60,442 nucleotides of DNA from Candidatus Tayloriibacteriota bacterium (GTDB lineage: Bacteria > Patescibacteriota > Minisyncoccia > Phycocordibacterales > PALSA-1337): positions 1 through 60,442 of the forward strand of contig CAIOGI010000003.1 of the NCBI GenBank assembly GCA_903857825.1, in the 5' to 3' direction. This document shows, piece after piece, positions 17,993-26,884 of the stretch. Every line of letters starts with the position of its first letter. The stretch's first letter is position 1. The notes below the pieces were generated by a model, which saw only the letters and a list, made by a program, of their open reading frames with translations, did no database searches and was not told the origin of the DNA. The translations under genes and the position numbers were made by a program.

Positions 17993-19909
17993 CTACTCCA
18001 CCTTTAATATATCTCTAAGCTTCTCTTCTGGTATCTCTTTAACTAAACTTGGCTGCGGTTTTGATTCTACTTTTTGCTCTTTTTTTTCCTGAATTTTATC
18101 TTCTTTTTTATTTTCAACCTTATTTGCCGACATTAATGATGCTAATGCATTCTTTAAGTCATTTACTCTTTGTGGTTCAGCTTCTTTTATATTTCTTTGT
18201 GATGACAGTGAATTTAATGATACTGGATTTGGCTTATTAATATTGACCTGTGTTGGTGTATTGGGAATTTTGTTTTCAATTATTGATTCTGGCTTTGCTT
18301 GAATTGTCTCTTTAATTTTAATTTCTTCAAAAGCTTTTTTGAATGGCTGTACTACTGTTGGGACACTTACTGGTGTAGATTCATGACCAGGATTCGGTGT
18401 TGGTTTTACAGGAGAAGGATTAATCGTATTTGGTACGGTATTAGATATGGTATTCGGGATTGAATTTGCAATTACTGGATTATTCTTAACAATACTATTT
18501 TCTTTTGGTATATGATTCTTTAGTTCCGAGACATAGACTTCAGGTTTCTTAATAACCGGAACATTTAACAACGGTTTTACATACGTAGGAGCAGGGCTTG
18601 ATTGTGGTTTTTGAGGTGCCTTAATAGGAGCCATCCAATCATCGATAGCCTTCTCTACATCTATTCTTGGATGCGCATACTGTTTCCTAGACATTTCTAT
18701 CACTGATTGCATACTAGAACTCTCTGGTTTTGCAATAGGTGGTAAAGTGGTGGCAGAAAATGGTTGTGAACTTATACCATCAATCATTAATTTTAAATAT
18801 GTCTGAAAAATTCCAAGATTTACCAGATCCTCAGCTGTGAACTGTGGCATAAATTCTTTTTCAAGAACCTCTGCATCAAATGCACCGACTCTGAACACGA
18901 TCATTGTTCCAACGTTACCGAATACAGCTGCCCTTACCTCTTCTTCCATCTGCTCTATGTACTGGTGAGCAATAGTTAAATTTAATTTATATTTTCTTGC
19001 CTCAGACAAAATATCAGCAAAGCTTTCGTTGGCAAAAGACTGAAACTCGTCAACGAATAGATAGAAATTTGGCATTGTCCTTAATATACGATCTGGAGTA
19101 TCTGCTCGAGAAAGTGCGGCGAGATATATCTTTGTTATTAGCATACCACCTAGAAGATTGGCATTTGCCTCTCCTATTCTTCCCTTTGAAAGATTGATTA
19201 TGAAAATTTTTCCATTATCCATCATTTCTCGAATATCGAAAGATGATTTTGGTTGCCCTATCATGTTTCTGATAAGAGCATTTGCTGTGAACTGTCCAAT
19301 CTTGTTCTGAATTGCAGGCACTGCTTCTGCCGCCATTCTCTCTGTGTAATTTGCAAATTCTTGAGTCCAAAAAGCTTTTACTGATGAGTCTGTAATATGA
19401 GTGATGACTTGATTTCTGAAGTTCTTATCAGACAACATTCTATTCACACCGAGAAGTGTTGCACCTGGGTATTCTAGTAGTGCCAACAAAGTGTTTGTCA
19501 AAATGTATTCCATTCTTGCTGACCATGCATCTTGCCAAATCTTTTTAAATGTACTCATTAAACCAGATACGACTAGGTGTCTCTTGTCTGGATCAACACT
19601 TTCGAGAACATTGAAAGCAATAGGATAGTCCATATCAAAAGGTGCAAAATACACAACATCCTTTTGTCTATGTTCTGGTACATATTCCAAAAGTAATTCT
19701 GCAGTTTTTCCGTGAGGATCTATGAAGGCCATTCCTTCTCCATTCTTTATGTCCTGCACTGCCATATTTTCAAGCAAGGTAGACTTTCCCATACCCGTCT
19801 TTCCGATAACATAAACGTGCTTTGTTCTATCTTTGGCTTTAATACCAAATGTTACCTTTTTGTTTCTGGCATCAGTTTGCCCAAAAAATGTAATCCTTTC
19901 TTCATTCAT
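17993..19909 (-). CDS. VirD4/TraD-like P-loop NTPase (T4SS-coupling-protein-type DNA-binding ATPase) with low-complexity C-terminal tail
   Basis: Walker A GKTGMGKST, FIDPHG, Walker B YLFVDEFQ, and LSEARKYKLNLTIAHQY. The last ~220 aa are a P/N/K-rich repeat-like tail. Paralogue of 54706..57507. Confidence 0.55.
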   Translation of the reverse strand: MNEERITFFGQTDARNKKVTFGIKAKDRTKHVYVIGKTGMGKSTLLENMAVQDIKNGEGMAFIDPHGKTAELLLEYVPEHRQKDVVYFAPFDMDYPIAFNVLESVDPDKRHLVVSGLMSTFKKIWQDAWSARMEYILTNTLLALLEYPGATLLGVNRMLSDKNFRNQVITHITDSSVKAFWTQEFANYTERMAAEAVPAIQNKIGQFTANALIRNMIGQPKSSFDIREMMDNGKIFIINLSKGRIGEANANLLGGMLITKIYLAALSRADTPDRILRTMPNFYLFVDEFQSFANESFADILSEARKYKLNLTIAHQYIEQMEEEVRAAVFGNVGTMIVFRVGAFDAEVLEKEFMPQFTAEDLVNLGIFQTYLKLMIDGISSQPFSATTLPPIAKPESSSMQSVIEMSRKQYAHPRIDVEKAIDDWMAPIKAPQKPQSSPAPTYVKPLLNVPVIKKPEVYVSELKNHIPKENSIVKNNPVIANSIPNTISNTVPNTINPSPVKPTPNPGHESTPVSVPTVVQPFKKAFEEIKIKETIQAKPESIIENKIPNTPTQVNINKPNPVSLNSLSSQRNIKEAEPQRVNDLKNALASLMSANKVENKKEDKIQEKKEQKVESKPQPSLVKEIPEEKLRDILKVE

Positions 19910-19937
19910 AAATATAGATCTTTATAAGAATAATATT

Positions 19938-19999
19938 ACCACAAGGGCACTTCTATTTCACTATTCGCTGTGTACAGCTCAGGTGAAATAAGTCGTACC
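19938..19999 (-). repeat. Solitary type-B hairpin unit
   Basis: The minus-strand reading GGTACGACTTATTTCACCTGAGCTGTACACAGCGAATAGTGAAATAGAAGTGCCCTTGTGGT differs at a handful of positions from unit 1 of the 2064-2309 array. It lies 28 nt upstream of the start of 17993..19909, in the same sense. Confidence 0.8.
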
Positions 20000-20047
20000 A
20001 TAAAAAATTTAAATAGGTGCGTGGTGGTAATGTGTATAAAAATGAGT

Positions 20048-20350
20048 AAAAGAAAACCCGCCGAGCGCTCCAAGCTCGGTGGGTGATTAAATCAAGTGTG
20101 TGTTTACCTGGGCTCAAATTCGTGTAGCTCCTCTACCTCATCACGAGCCCCCGCATCAGGATTCATAAAAAAAACGGAGTTAGATTGTTCGAAGTGGGGA
20201 ATGTTATTGCTATGCAACCGCAACAACACGACAATTCTTGAAACCCTGATTTCCTGCCTTTGACGAATTTCCCAATTGGCAGGGACCTTACCCAAAGCGA
20301 CTTCGCTTGTCACCGTTCCGAGTGTTCTCTTTGCACGTCTTTCCATAATA
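20048..20350 (-). ncRNA. GC-rich structured RNA with its own intrinsic terminator; candidate RNase P RNA
   Basis: GC content is clearly above the surroundings. The minus strand ends in CCCACCGAGC-uuggagc-GCUCGGCGGG-UUUUCUUUU (20083-20048). It contains GGAAAGAC, AGCGAAGUC, GGCAGGAAA, CCCCAC..CGAAC and GAUGAGG..ACACGAA segments, in the same order as the RNase P RNA segments GGAAAGUCC, AGCGAAGUC, GGCAGGAAA and so on. The identity is not proven and the 5' end is uncertain. Confidence 0.4.
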
Positions 20351-20439
20351 ACTAGTAACTTCTTGCTTGTTTATTGTTATGAATGCTACCATGACACCTT
20401 CCTATTCAAAAAGTGTACATCCGAATATAAATGCTACGC

Positions 20440-21588
20440 CTATATCTTCTCTAGGTCAAGTGCTGAAGCTGTGTAAACATTCGAAGCATTCCAAAGCATC
20501 CAGCTATTTAAACCTACGTCATAAGTCGCCTTTATCTGTGCCCTCACCATATCTGAACTATAATTAGTACCACCTATACTAAAGTCTTGTAGCCATGGTC
20601 GAAGTTTGTAGGGACTGGTGCTAGCAATATTTGCTCGAACAACGGCTTTTGACATTGCATACAAAATGACTTCATATGGTTTCTCTGCTGGCTTCTTCCA
20701 ACCATTAAAATTTGTTGGATAATGAGATGGATATACCATAGGAGATACATAATCAAAATACTTTAATGCATCTTCGAGTACCTGCCCAATACCCAAATCA
20801 TCATAATTAGAAGTAGTCATGCCAAATAGGTCGGCAGAAATAGTAATATCTTTATTATGGAAATACCCACTAACAAATGAAAAAAACTCTCTGAGGGCAG
20901 TAGCCTTAACCTTTCCCTGACTAAATGGATAAGCGATATCTTCCATATTTCCATCCGATGGAAAACGAATATAATCAAAATTCAATTCATCAAAGCCAAC
21001 AGAATACGCCTCATCACCTATCATTGCTAGATAATCCCAAACTGGTTTTGCACCTACATCGAGCCATGCTACACCTTTATAATCTTTCCAAACAGCACCC
21101 GCTTTGTTTTTTACCGCATATTCTGGATGTGTCTTAACTAAGGATGAATCTTGAAAAGAGGAAATTCTCCCTATAACATATATTCCCTTTTCATGTAGTC
21201 TACCAATAAATTCTTTTACATCTGGAATCCTGTTCTCTGAAGAACCAAACTTTTCTAGCTTAGGATTAGAAACCAAAAAACCTATTTTACCCGTATAGTC
21301 TTTTATATCAATAACAACAGAATTTAATTCTGTTTTATCAATCAGATTAACAAGATTGGTCCTGAGTTTCTCATTACCAGCAACCCAATTTGACATATAT
21401 ATAGCCTTTACTGAATCTGGCGTTTTGACGTGTGTTACAACAAAAGGCGTAGGAACAACAACTACAGATGCAGGTTCACCAGCTACAAAAGTACTTTGAT
21501 ATTTAAATGGAAAGATGAAACCAAAGGAAATGCCCAGTATTACTAAACTTGCTATTACTATACTAGGAGCATTCTTTTTCATTATCAA
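20440..21588 (-). CDS. Putative glycoside-hydrolase-like TIM-barrel protein (DUF4015-type), membrane anchored
   Basis: N-terminal TM/signal segment. VVIDIKDYTGKIGF, GIYVIGRISSFQD and GFDELNFDYIRFP are typical of this family. Confidence 0.5.
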   Translation of the reverse strand: MIMKKNAPSIVIASLVILGISFGFIFPFKYQSTFVAGEPASVVVVPTPFVVTHVKTPDSVKAIYMSNWVAGNEKLRTNLVNLIDKTELNSVVIDIKDYTGKIGFLVSNPKLEKFGSSENRIPDVKEFIGRLHEKGIYVIGRISSFQDSSLVKTHPEYAVKNKAGAVWKDYKGVAWLDVGAKPVWDYLAMIGDEAYSVGFDELNFDYIRFPSDGNMEDIAYPFSQGKVKATALREFFSFVSGYFHNKDITISADLFGMTTSNYDDLGIGQVLEDALKYFDYVSPMVYPSHYPTNFNGWKKPAEKPYEVILYAMSKAVVRANIASTSPYKLRPWLQDFSIGGTNYSSDMVRAQIKATYDVGLNSWMLWNASNVYTASALDLEKI

Positions 21589-21794
21589 ACTATTTCTTTA
21601 TGATTACTCTCAACAAATGATGAATCCTTTCCAACCTCATCAGCCTTAATCTCTTGTGGGATATTATAAGCAATGGCAATAATTATTAATCCGGAAACAA
21701 TTAATATTATCTTGTGCCAAGAAGAAGGAAATCCTAGAAAAAGAAATACCATCACCCATGCACCAAAAACAGTTAGCCATTGTCTTTTTGACAT
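21585..21794 (-). CDS. Small membrane protein (2 TM)
   Basis: 69 aa with two hydrophobic helices. Its stop overlaps the start of the downstream gene (ATGA), suggesting coupling. Confidence 0.45.
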   Translation of the reverse strand: MSKRQWLTVFGAWVMVFLFLGFPSSWHKIILIVSGLIIIAIAYNIPQEIKADEVGKDSSFVESNHKEIV

Positions 21795-21879
21795 ATTATT
21801 GTTTATTAAATGTATTAATTTTTATGCTAGCAATTATACACCGAGATGATAGCATGTACCAGGAAAGGAGGTGAGGAAA

Positions 21880-22212
21880 ATGAACATAGCACCTTCTAGA
21901 TTACAAGCTTGCTTGAAAATTAAGTTTGACAATTCGACCCCCGCTGTTGTTTCTGATGGATTATATGGGATAGCAAGATTCTTTGGGCTCAGTGAAACCT
22001 GTGTCGACATCACATTCGTGTGGATAGTTCAGAATGGAAAAACATCACTCGGAGAAGCAATGTCTTTCAACAATTGCCTGGTTGAATCTGATGGAAACGA
22101 TGTTTTGATCATTAAGTCAGACGAGGCAAGACTGACACTCACAAATCTGTGTTCCAAAAAGATATTCCTGGAGATAAAGCGACGTCGATTTGAACAAACG
22201 AAACCCAAGTAG
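21880..22212 (+). CDS. Hypothetical protein (GC-rich orphan with a strong Shine-Dalgarno site)
   Basis: GGAGGTGA at 21867-21874 lies 5 nt before the ATG at 21880. The ORF is 110 aa and is followed by a CCCTCGC...GCGAGGG hairpin. Composition is richer in GC than neighbouring genes. Confidence 0.5.
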   Translation: MNIAPSRLQACLKIKFDNSTPAVVSDGLYGIARFFGLSETCVDITFVWIVQNGKTSLGEAMSFNNCLVESDGNDVLIIKSDEARLTLTNLCSKKIFLEIKRRRFEQTKPK

Positions 22213-22215
22213 CAC

Positions 22216-22255
22216 CCCTCGCACGAACTTATGATCCGAGCGAGGGTTAACTTTT
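22216..22255 (+). terminator. Hairpin downstream of 21880..22212
   Basis: CCCTCGC (22216-22222) pairs with GCGAGGG (22240-22246) and is followed by TTAACTTTT. The loop is large, so this is a weak terminator call. Confidence 0.35.
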
Positions 22256-22267
22256 CCCAAAATCTAA

Positions 22268-22954
22268 CTAATTAGAAACAATCACCACAAACTCCCCCTT
22301 TTGCTTTTCTGGAGTATCAGTAAGCATTTTTAATATTTCTTCAGCGGAACCCTGCAGAACTTCCTCATATATTTTCGTAAGCTCGCGTGCGATAGTAGTT
22401 TTCTTATTCATCTTCTTTAATGATTCAAGTGTCTTCAAAATACGATGCGTACTTTCATAGAAGACCATAGTTCTTTCTGACTCGGCAATTTCTTTAAATA
22501 AAGTTTCTCTACCCTTCTTGTGTGGCATAAAACCTAGAAAAATAAATTCATGAGTTGGTACACCGGAAATAGAAAGTGCAGAAGTGAGAGCAGAAGCACC
22601 AGGGATAGAAACTATTTTCAATTCGCCTAATAATAGTTGATCTTTAAATTGCTCTCTGACCTTAGATACCAAAACTGAACCAGGATCAGAAATACCAGGA
22701 GTTCCAGCGTCTGTAACCAAGGCGATGTTTTTGCCCTCAGAAATTTTCTCTAAAATAAGATCGACTTTCGCTTCACCACTTTGTGCATGATAGCTCATAG
22801 AAGCTGTAGAAATAGAGTGCTTTTTAAATAATCTCTTAGTCACTCTAGTATCCTCGCACAGCACAAGATCAACCTCTTTTAGTATGCGAAGAGCCCTCAA
22901 GGTAATATCCTCTAGATTTCCAATAGGTGTCGCAACAATATAAAAAGTAGACAT
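22268..22954 (-). CDS. rsmI: 16S rRNA (cytidine1402-2'-O)-methyltransferase
   Basis: MSTFYIVATPIGNLEDITLRALRILKEVDLVLCEDTR is the canonical RsmI N-terminus. Start moved to the ATG at 22954; the upstream 51 codons in the track look non-coding. Confidence 0.85.
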   Translation of the reverse strand: MSTFYIVATPIGNLEDITLRALRILKEVDLVLCEDTRVTKRLFKKHSISTASMSYHAQSGEAKVDLILEKISEGKNIALVTDAGTPGISDPGSVLVSKVREQFKDQLLLGELKIVSIPGASALTSALSISGVPTHEFIFLGFMPHKKGRETLFKEIAESERTMVFYESTHRILKTLESLKKMNKKTTIARELTKIYEEVLQGSAEEILKMLTDTPEKQKGEFVVIVSN

Positions 22955-22981
22955 AAAGATATAATATACTACACTAGATAT

Positions 22982-24169
22982 ATGACAAGTATCATATACA
23001 TTGCTAGAGACATTGAAAGAGCCCTCGGCCAAGTGCCTGAAGGTGATTATTATATTGTTACAAACAAGACACCTTATGCGGAAGAAATAAAAATTGCCCA
23101 TCCTCACAATATTTTTCTTATAGACTCAAAAGAGATACTTGATACTTATGAGTTATTAACCAATGCGGAGGTGCAGGAGATAATCGCCAGGCTAAATGGT
23201 GGCCTTTTAGTTTTCAAAAATAATATTCATATTGAACAACTTTGCAAAGAGAAGAATTGGAAATTATTAAATCCTAGCGCGAAACTTTCTGACAAAGTAG
23301 AAAACAAGATATCTCAGATTGAATGGCTAGGTGAACTCGCTTCCCTTTTGCCTCCACACAAAATATTGGAGGTTAAGGACATTTTCTGGGATAAGAAACC
23401 TTTCGTACTTCAATGGTCACATGGTCACACAGGCGAAGGAACCGTTCTTGTGAAAGATGAGAATGAATTAAATGAATTAAAGAAAAAGTTTCCATATCGA
23501 GAAGCTAGAGTTACTGACTATATAAATGGACCGATGTTAACTGTGAACATTGTCGTAACAAAAACTGTAATCCTTTTGGGCAATATCAGTTATCAAATCA
23601 CCGGCATGCTCCCATTCACCACAAATCCTTTCAGCACTATTGGTAATGATTGGAGTTTACCACATACCATTCTAACCGAAGCACAAATAAAAGATTTTGA
23701 AGCTATAGCAGAAAAAGTTGCACAAAAAATGCAAAAGGATGGATGGTTAGGACTTTTTGGTATAGATGTTATTTATGATTCAGAGAGAGACAGTCTTCAT
23801 CTCATCGAAATCAATGCACGACAGCCGGCATCCACAACCTTCGAATCAGAACTTCAGAACATCATCCGTTCTCATAGTGTTGGTGGAATAACAACATTTG
23901 AAGCACACTTACTTTCACTTACTGACGGTAAGGTTCCCGCTTCACTTATCCCCATTAATGACGGCGCGCAGATAATACAAAGAGTTACGGGAAAAGAAAT
24001 AGACGCAGATGTGAAAGGTTTAATAGAAAATGGTAATAAAGTAATTATTTACAACAATATAACACCAAATGCAGACCTATTACGTATTCAGACAACGAGA
24101 GGCATAATGAAAACGCATAATAAATTTAATGAGAGGGGGAAGAAAATTTTGGAGGGGTTACTCGTATAG
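22982..24169 (+). CDS. ATP-grasp domain protein, substrate unknown
   Basis: GLFGIDVIYDSERDSLHLIEINARQPAST is an ATP-grasp C-terminal motif. The central FVLQWSHGHTGEGTVLV region fits the fold. No Ddl- or RimK-specific motifs seen. Confidence 0.6.
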   Translation: MTSIIYIARDIERALGQVPEGDYYIVTNKTPYAEEIKIAHPHNIFLIDSKEILDTYELLTNAEVQEIIARLNGGLLVFKNNIHIEQLCKEKNWKLLNPSAKLSDKVENKISQIEWLGELASLLPPHKILEVKDIFWDKKPFVLQWSHGHTGEGTVLVKDENELNELKKKFPYREARVTDYINGPMLTVNIVVTKTVILLGNISYQITGMLPFTTNPFSTIGNDWSLPHTILTEAQIKDFEAIAEKVAQKMQKDGWLGLFGIDVIYDSERDSLHLIEINARQPASTTFESELQNIIRSHSVGGITTFEAHLLSLTDGKVPASLIPINDGAQIIQRVTGKEIDADVKGLIENGNKVIIYNNITPNADLLRIQTTRGIMKTHNKFNERGKKILEGLLV

Positions 24170-24418
24170 TTCAGAATGCTTACCTAAATCAAAAAAATAA
24201 TAATTATCCCTTGATACTAACTTGTATATCGCTCTTATATCGCCTGTAATATTTATACTTCTACAGCCTTCAAATTCTCCGTGTAGCTTATGATTATTCA
24301 ATATGACATCAAATTCGTTTGCTTCAAAAATACGAATTCTCATATCAAATTTCTCCTGAATCTTCTTAGATAATTTTTTATAACTTTTATTAATATCTGA
24401 TGAAAAGGCAAGATTCAT
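24158..24418 (-). CDS. Type II toxin, RelE/YafQ-family mRNA interferase
   Basis: 86 aa with HKLHGEFEGCRSINITGDIRAIYK. Lies directly downstream of a DinJ/RelB-like antitoxin. Confidence 0.65.
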   Translation of the reverse strand: MNLAFSSDINKSYKKLSKKIQEKFDMRIRIFEANEFDVILNNHKLHGEFEGCRSINITGDIRAIYKLVSRDNYYFFDLGKHSELYE

Positions 24419-24439
24419 GTGAAATAAATATTAGATATA

Positions 24440-24712
24440 TTATGATTTCAGATTTTTAAGAAACAAATCTGAACCCTTATGAAAAACGACTTTACCTTCT
24501 GCAAGTTCTTTTTCTCCTCGTGCTATAACATCTCTTAAATGCGCAGATGGTTTATATGAAGCAGAAAAACTAACTTCTCGATCTCTCACAAACTGCTTCA
24601 AGAAAGCATTTATGACAGTGCTTAGAGGCACACCAATTTCTGATGCAACATCCTGTGCAAGGTTCTTTATTACTTTATCTGTTTTAATAGTTAAAAGTGT
24701 TTTTGTATTCAT
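24440..24712 (-). CDS. Type II antitoxin, RelB/DinJ family
   Basis: 90 aa. LTIKTDKVIKNLAQDVASEIGVPLSTVINAFLKQFV is a typical RHH DinJ N-terminus. Confidence 0.65.
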   Translation of the reverse strand: MNTKTLLTIKTDKVIKNLAQDVASEIGVPLSTVINAFLKQFVRDREVSFSASYKPSAHLRDVIARGEKELAEGKVVFHKGSDLFLKNLKS

Positions 24713-24756
24713 ATATTTATATTATATACCATAGTATATATAATGGTATGATTCTG

Positions 24757-25545
24757 TCAAATGCTAATATCAAACCACCTCAATCTCCTCACCTCCGTCA
24801 CTGACTTCTGTGCGCGAGAAAAAGTATAGTTCTGATCTCCTGTCTTTTCATTTTCTATCCATCTTTGTTCCACAATATTTTTGTTTAAATCTAAAATATC
24901 AATTCTCCCCTCATGTATTCCGTGTCCATACTCGCCATCTGTAGGCCAAGCAACGGCATGAGTATAATGTATTACGGTTGGTAAAAGATTTTGATACTCT
25001 ACTTGATCGATAACTAACATATGATCTCTTTCTCCATTATCAGGACCACCAACCATGGTTATCATGTCTCCAACCTGTACTTCTTTTACACTTATAGCTT
25101 TACTATTCACATCATGAGCAAAAGTCTGTACTCCAGCGTTTTCTATTGGTCGAAATTTACTTTTAATTTTTCCAAAAACACCCTTCGCATAAGGAAATGA
25201 AAAATATCGGTCAAGCGCGCCCCTCACCAAACTTAAGCTCTCTTCATTTAATACATAGTATGCATAACCAGAACAATCAATACCGAGACTATTATCCACA
25301 AGAAACTTTTTTAGAGAATTTGAATCAAGTGATTTTAGGTCAATCTTTTCCTTGAACGCTCTTTGTTCAACTTCTTCATAAATATCTTTTGGACTTCCTT
25401 TACCACTTTCGACTCTAAAAGATGCCCTGTTACCAGTATGCTTATTATTAAAATATGGCACTGAACATACCACATCACCAACTTTAAAATTTGTATATTG
25501 ATCGATTACATCGAGTGCTTTTTGAGAAATATGTTTAATATTCAT
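24757..25545 (-). CDS. NlpC/P60-like cysteine hydrolase, apparently cytoplasmic
   Basis: GIDCSGYAYYVL (catalytic Cys context) and GDMITMVGG...DHMLVI (His context). No signal peptide visible. Confidence 0.4.
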   Translation of the reverse strand: MNIKHISQKALDVIDQYTNFKVGDVVCSVPYFNNKHTGNRASFRVESGKGSPKDIYEEVEQRAFKEKIDLKSLDSNSLKKFLVDNSLGIDCSGYAYYVLNEESLSLVRGALDRYFSFPYAKGVFGKIKSKFRPIENAGVQTFAHDVNSKAISVKEVQVGDMITMVGGPDNGERDHMLVIDQVEYQNLLPTVIHYTHAVAWPTDGEYGHGIHEGRIDILDLNKNIVEQRWIENEKTGDQNYTFSRAQKSVTEVRRLRWFDISI

Positions 25546-25604
25546 AAGTAATAGATTATCACAAATAATTGGAAAAATCGCCCTTTTTATGATAATCTGA
25601 AACC

Positions 25605-26732
25605 ATGATAAGTATATTAGAAGGAACAGCAGACTTGGCTATAATACTTGGTTTTTCTCTATTATCTTGCGTAGTCGCTTTTATTTGGTCACCGATTCTA
25701 ATAAAAATACTATATTATTTTAGAATAATTAAAGGGGCAAAAAGAGAATTGGCGATGATCGATTCTCAAAAAAATAAAGATCAAACTCCAGTCATGGGAG
25801 GACTTTTGATCATAATAACTGTTGCATTGATTACTCTGGTTTTCAATTGGTCAAGAAGTTATACATGGGTTCCAATTAGTGTAATGCTTCTGTCTGCACT
25901 ACTTGGTGCTGTTGATGACTTACTAAACATTTTCGGATCTGAAAGGCGATCTAGAAAACTTACTCAAATCTTCGCATTAATAAGAGTGCATCGTGAATTT
26001 AAAATGAGGATGTGGTACATAATCACATTACCATGGTCGATGTTCAAGAGAACTTCAGTTTGGATTGGTTCTAGAACTAGCAGAGGAATACATGTTCATG
26101 AAAAGCTATTACTTCAATTCGTCGCTGGTTCCATAACTGCATGGTGGATATACGACAAGCTTGGTTCTGCATGGCATTATATTTATTTCCCATTTAGCAT
26201 CGATATTTATGTAGGCTGGATAATCATTCCAATAGTTATTCTTATAGTAATGTTTACTGCAAACGCTGTGAATATAGCTGACGGTATGGATGGACTTGCT
26301 GGAGGCATGCTCATCTCATCTTTTAGTGCTCTTATGCTTTTGAGTTGGATAAATGGTTTCGGCGAAATAGCAATACTGAACGCAACTGTCGTTGGTGCCC
26401 TAGCGACATATACGTATTTCAATATTAAACCAGCCAGATTTATGATGGGAGATGTAGGATCCTTGGGATTGGGTGCCTTGTTCGCGGTAAACACAATAGC
26501 CATTGGCGAGATCGGCTCAATATTTTTCCTAGGCTTCCTTTTCTACATTGAAGCAATAACAGTGTTGATACAGGTACTAGGAAGATATATTCTGAATAGA
26601 AAGATATTTAAAATGGCACCAATACACCATCATTTTGAATTAAAAGGATGGAGTGAAGAAAAGACGATTATGCGTTTTTGGATAATACATTTTGTTTTTG
26701 TAGTCTTTGGTGTGTGGTTGGCTTTGCATTAG
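25605..26732 (+). CDS. mraY: Phospho-N-acetylmuramoyl-pentapeptide transferase
   Basis: NAVNIADGMDGLAGG, MGDVGSLGLGA and APIHHHFELKGW. Confidence 0.9.
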   Translation: MISILEGTADLAIILGFSLLSCVVAFIWSPILIKILYYFRIIKGAKRELAMIDSQKNKDQTPVMGGLLIIITVALITLVFNWSRSYTWVPISVMLLSALLGAVDDLLNIFGSERRSRKLTQIFALIRVHREFKMRMWYIITLPWSMFKRTSVWIGSRTSRGIHVHEKLLLQFVAGSITAWWIYDKLGSAWHYIYFPFSIDIYVGWIIIPIVILIVMFTANAVNIADGMDGLAGGMLISSFSALMLLSWINGFGEIAILNATVVGALATYTYFNIKPARFMMGDVGSLGLGALFAVNTIAIGEIGSIFFLGFLFYIEAITVLIQVLGRYILNRKIFKMAPIHHHFELKGWSEEKTIMRFWIIHFVFVVFGVWLALH

Positions 26733-26733
26733 T

Positions 26734-26869
26734 AAAATTGAGACTCGACGCGGTGAGGAGGTCCTACTTTTTTTGAACTTGTGAAAAAAAGAGGAGCCTC
26801 CGAGCACCACAGGGGTACTAGTAGTTTGCTAAAGCAAACTATGTCGCGCAAGCAAGCGAGTCCAATTTT
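26734..26869 (+). repeat. Type-A nested-hairpin element, copy 2 (inner module in orientation II)
   Basis: The 5' 70 nt are the same as copy 1. The 46-nt module (26804-26849) is the reverse complement of the copy-1 module in its ends, with a different compensated hairpin (TAGTTTGCT/AGCAAACTA). The element starts 1 nt after the mraY TAG. Confidence 0.85.
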
Positions 26870-26884
26870 ACTTAAAACAAACAA

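Noticed and set aside
17993-19909. A conjugative or type IV secretion locus around the VirD4/TraD-like genes
   Set aside because: No relaxase, VirB4, VirB6, pilin, integrase or oriT-like features are visible near either paralogue. Both are flanked by housekeeping or glycan genes.
20104-20346. 80-aa ORF inside the GC-rich island
   Set aside because: No RBS or promoter-proximal start is visible, and the composition is odd and Arg-rich. The region folds into many helices and ends in a strong terminator, so it is treated as an RNA gene instead.
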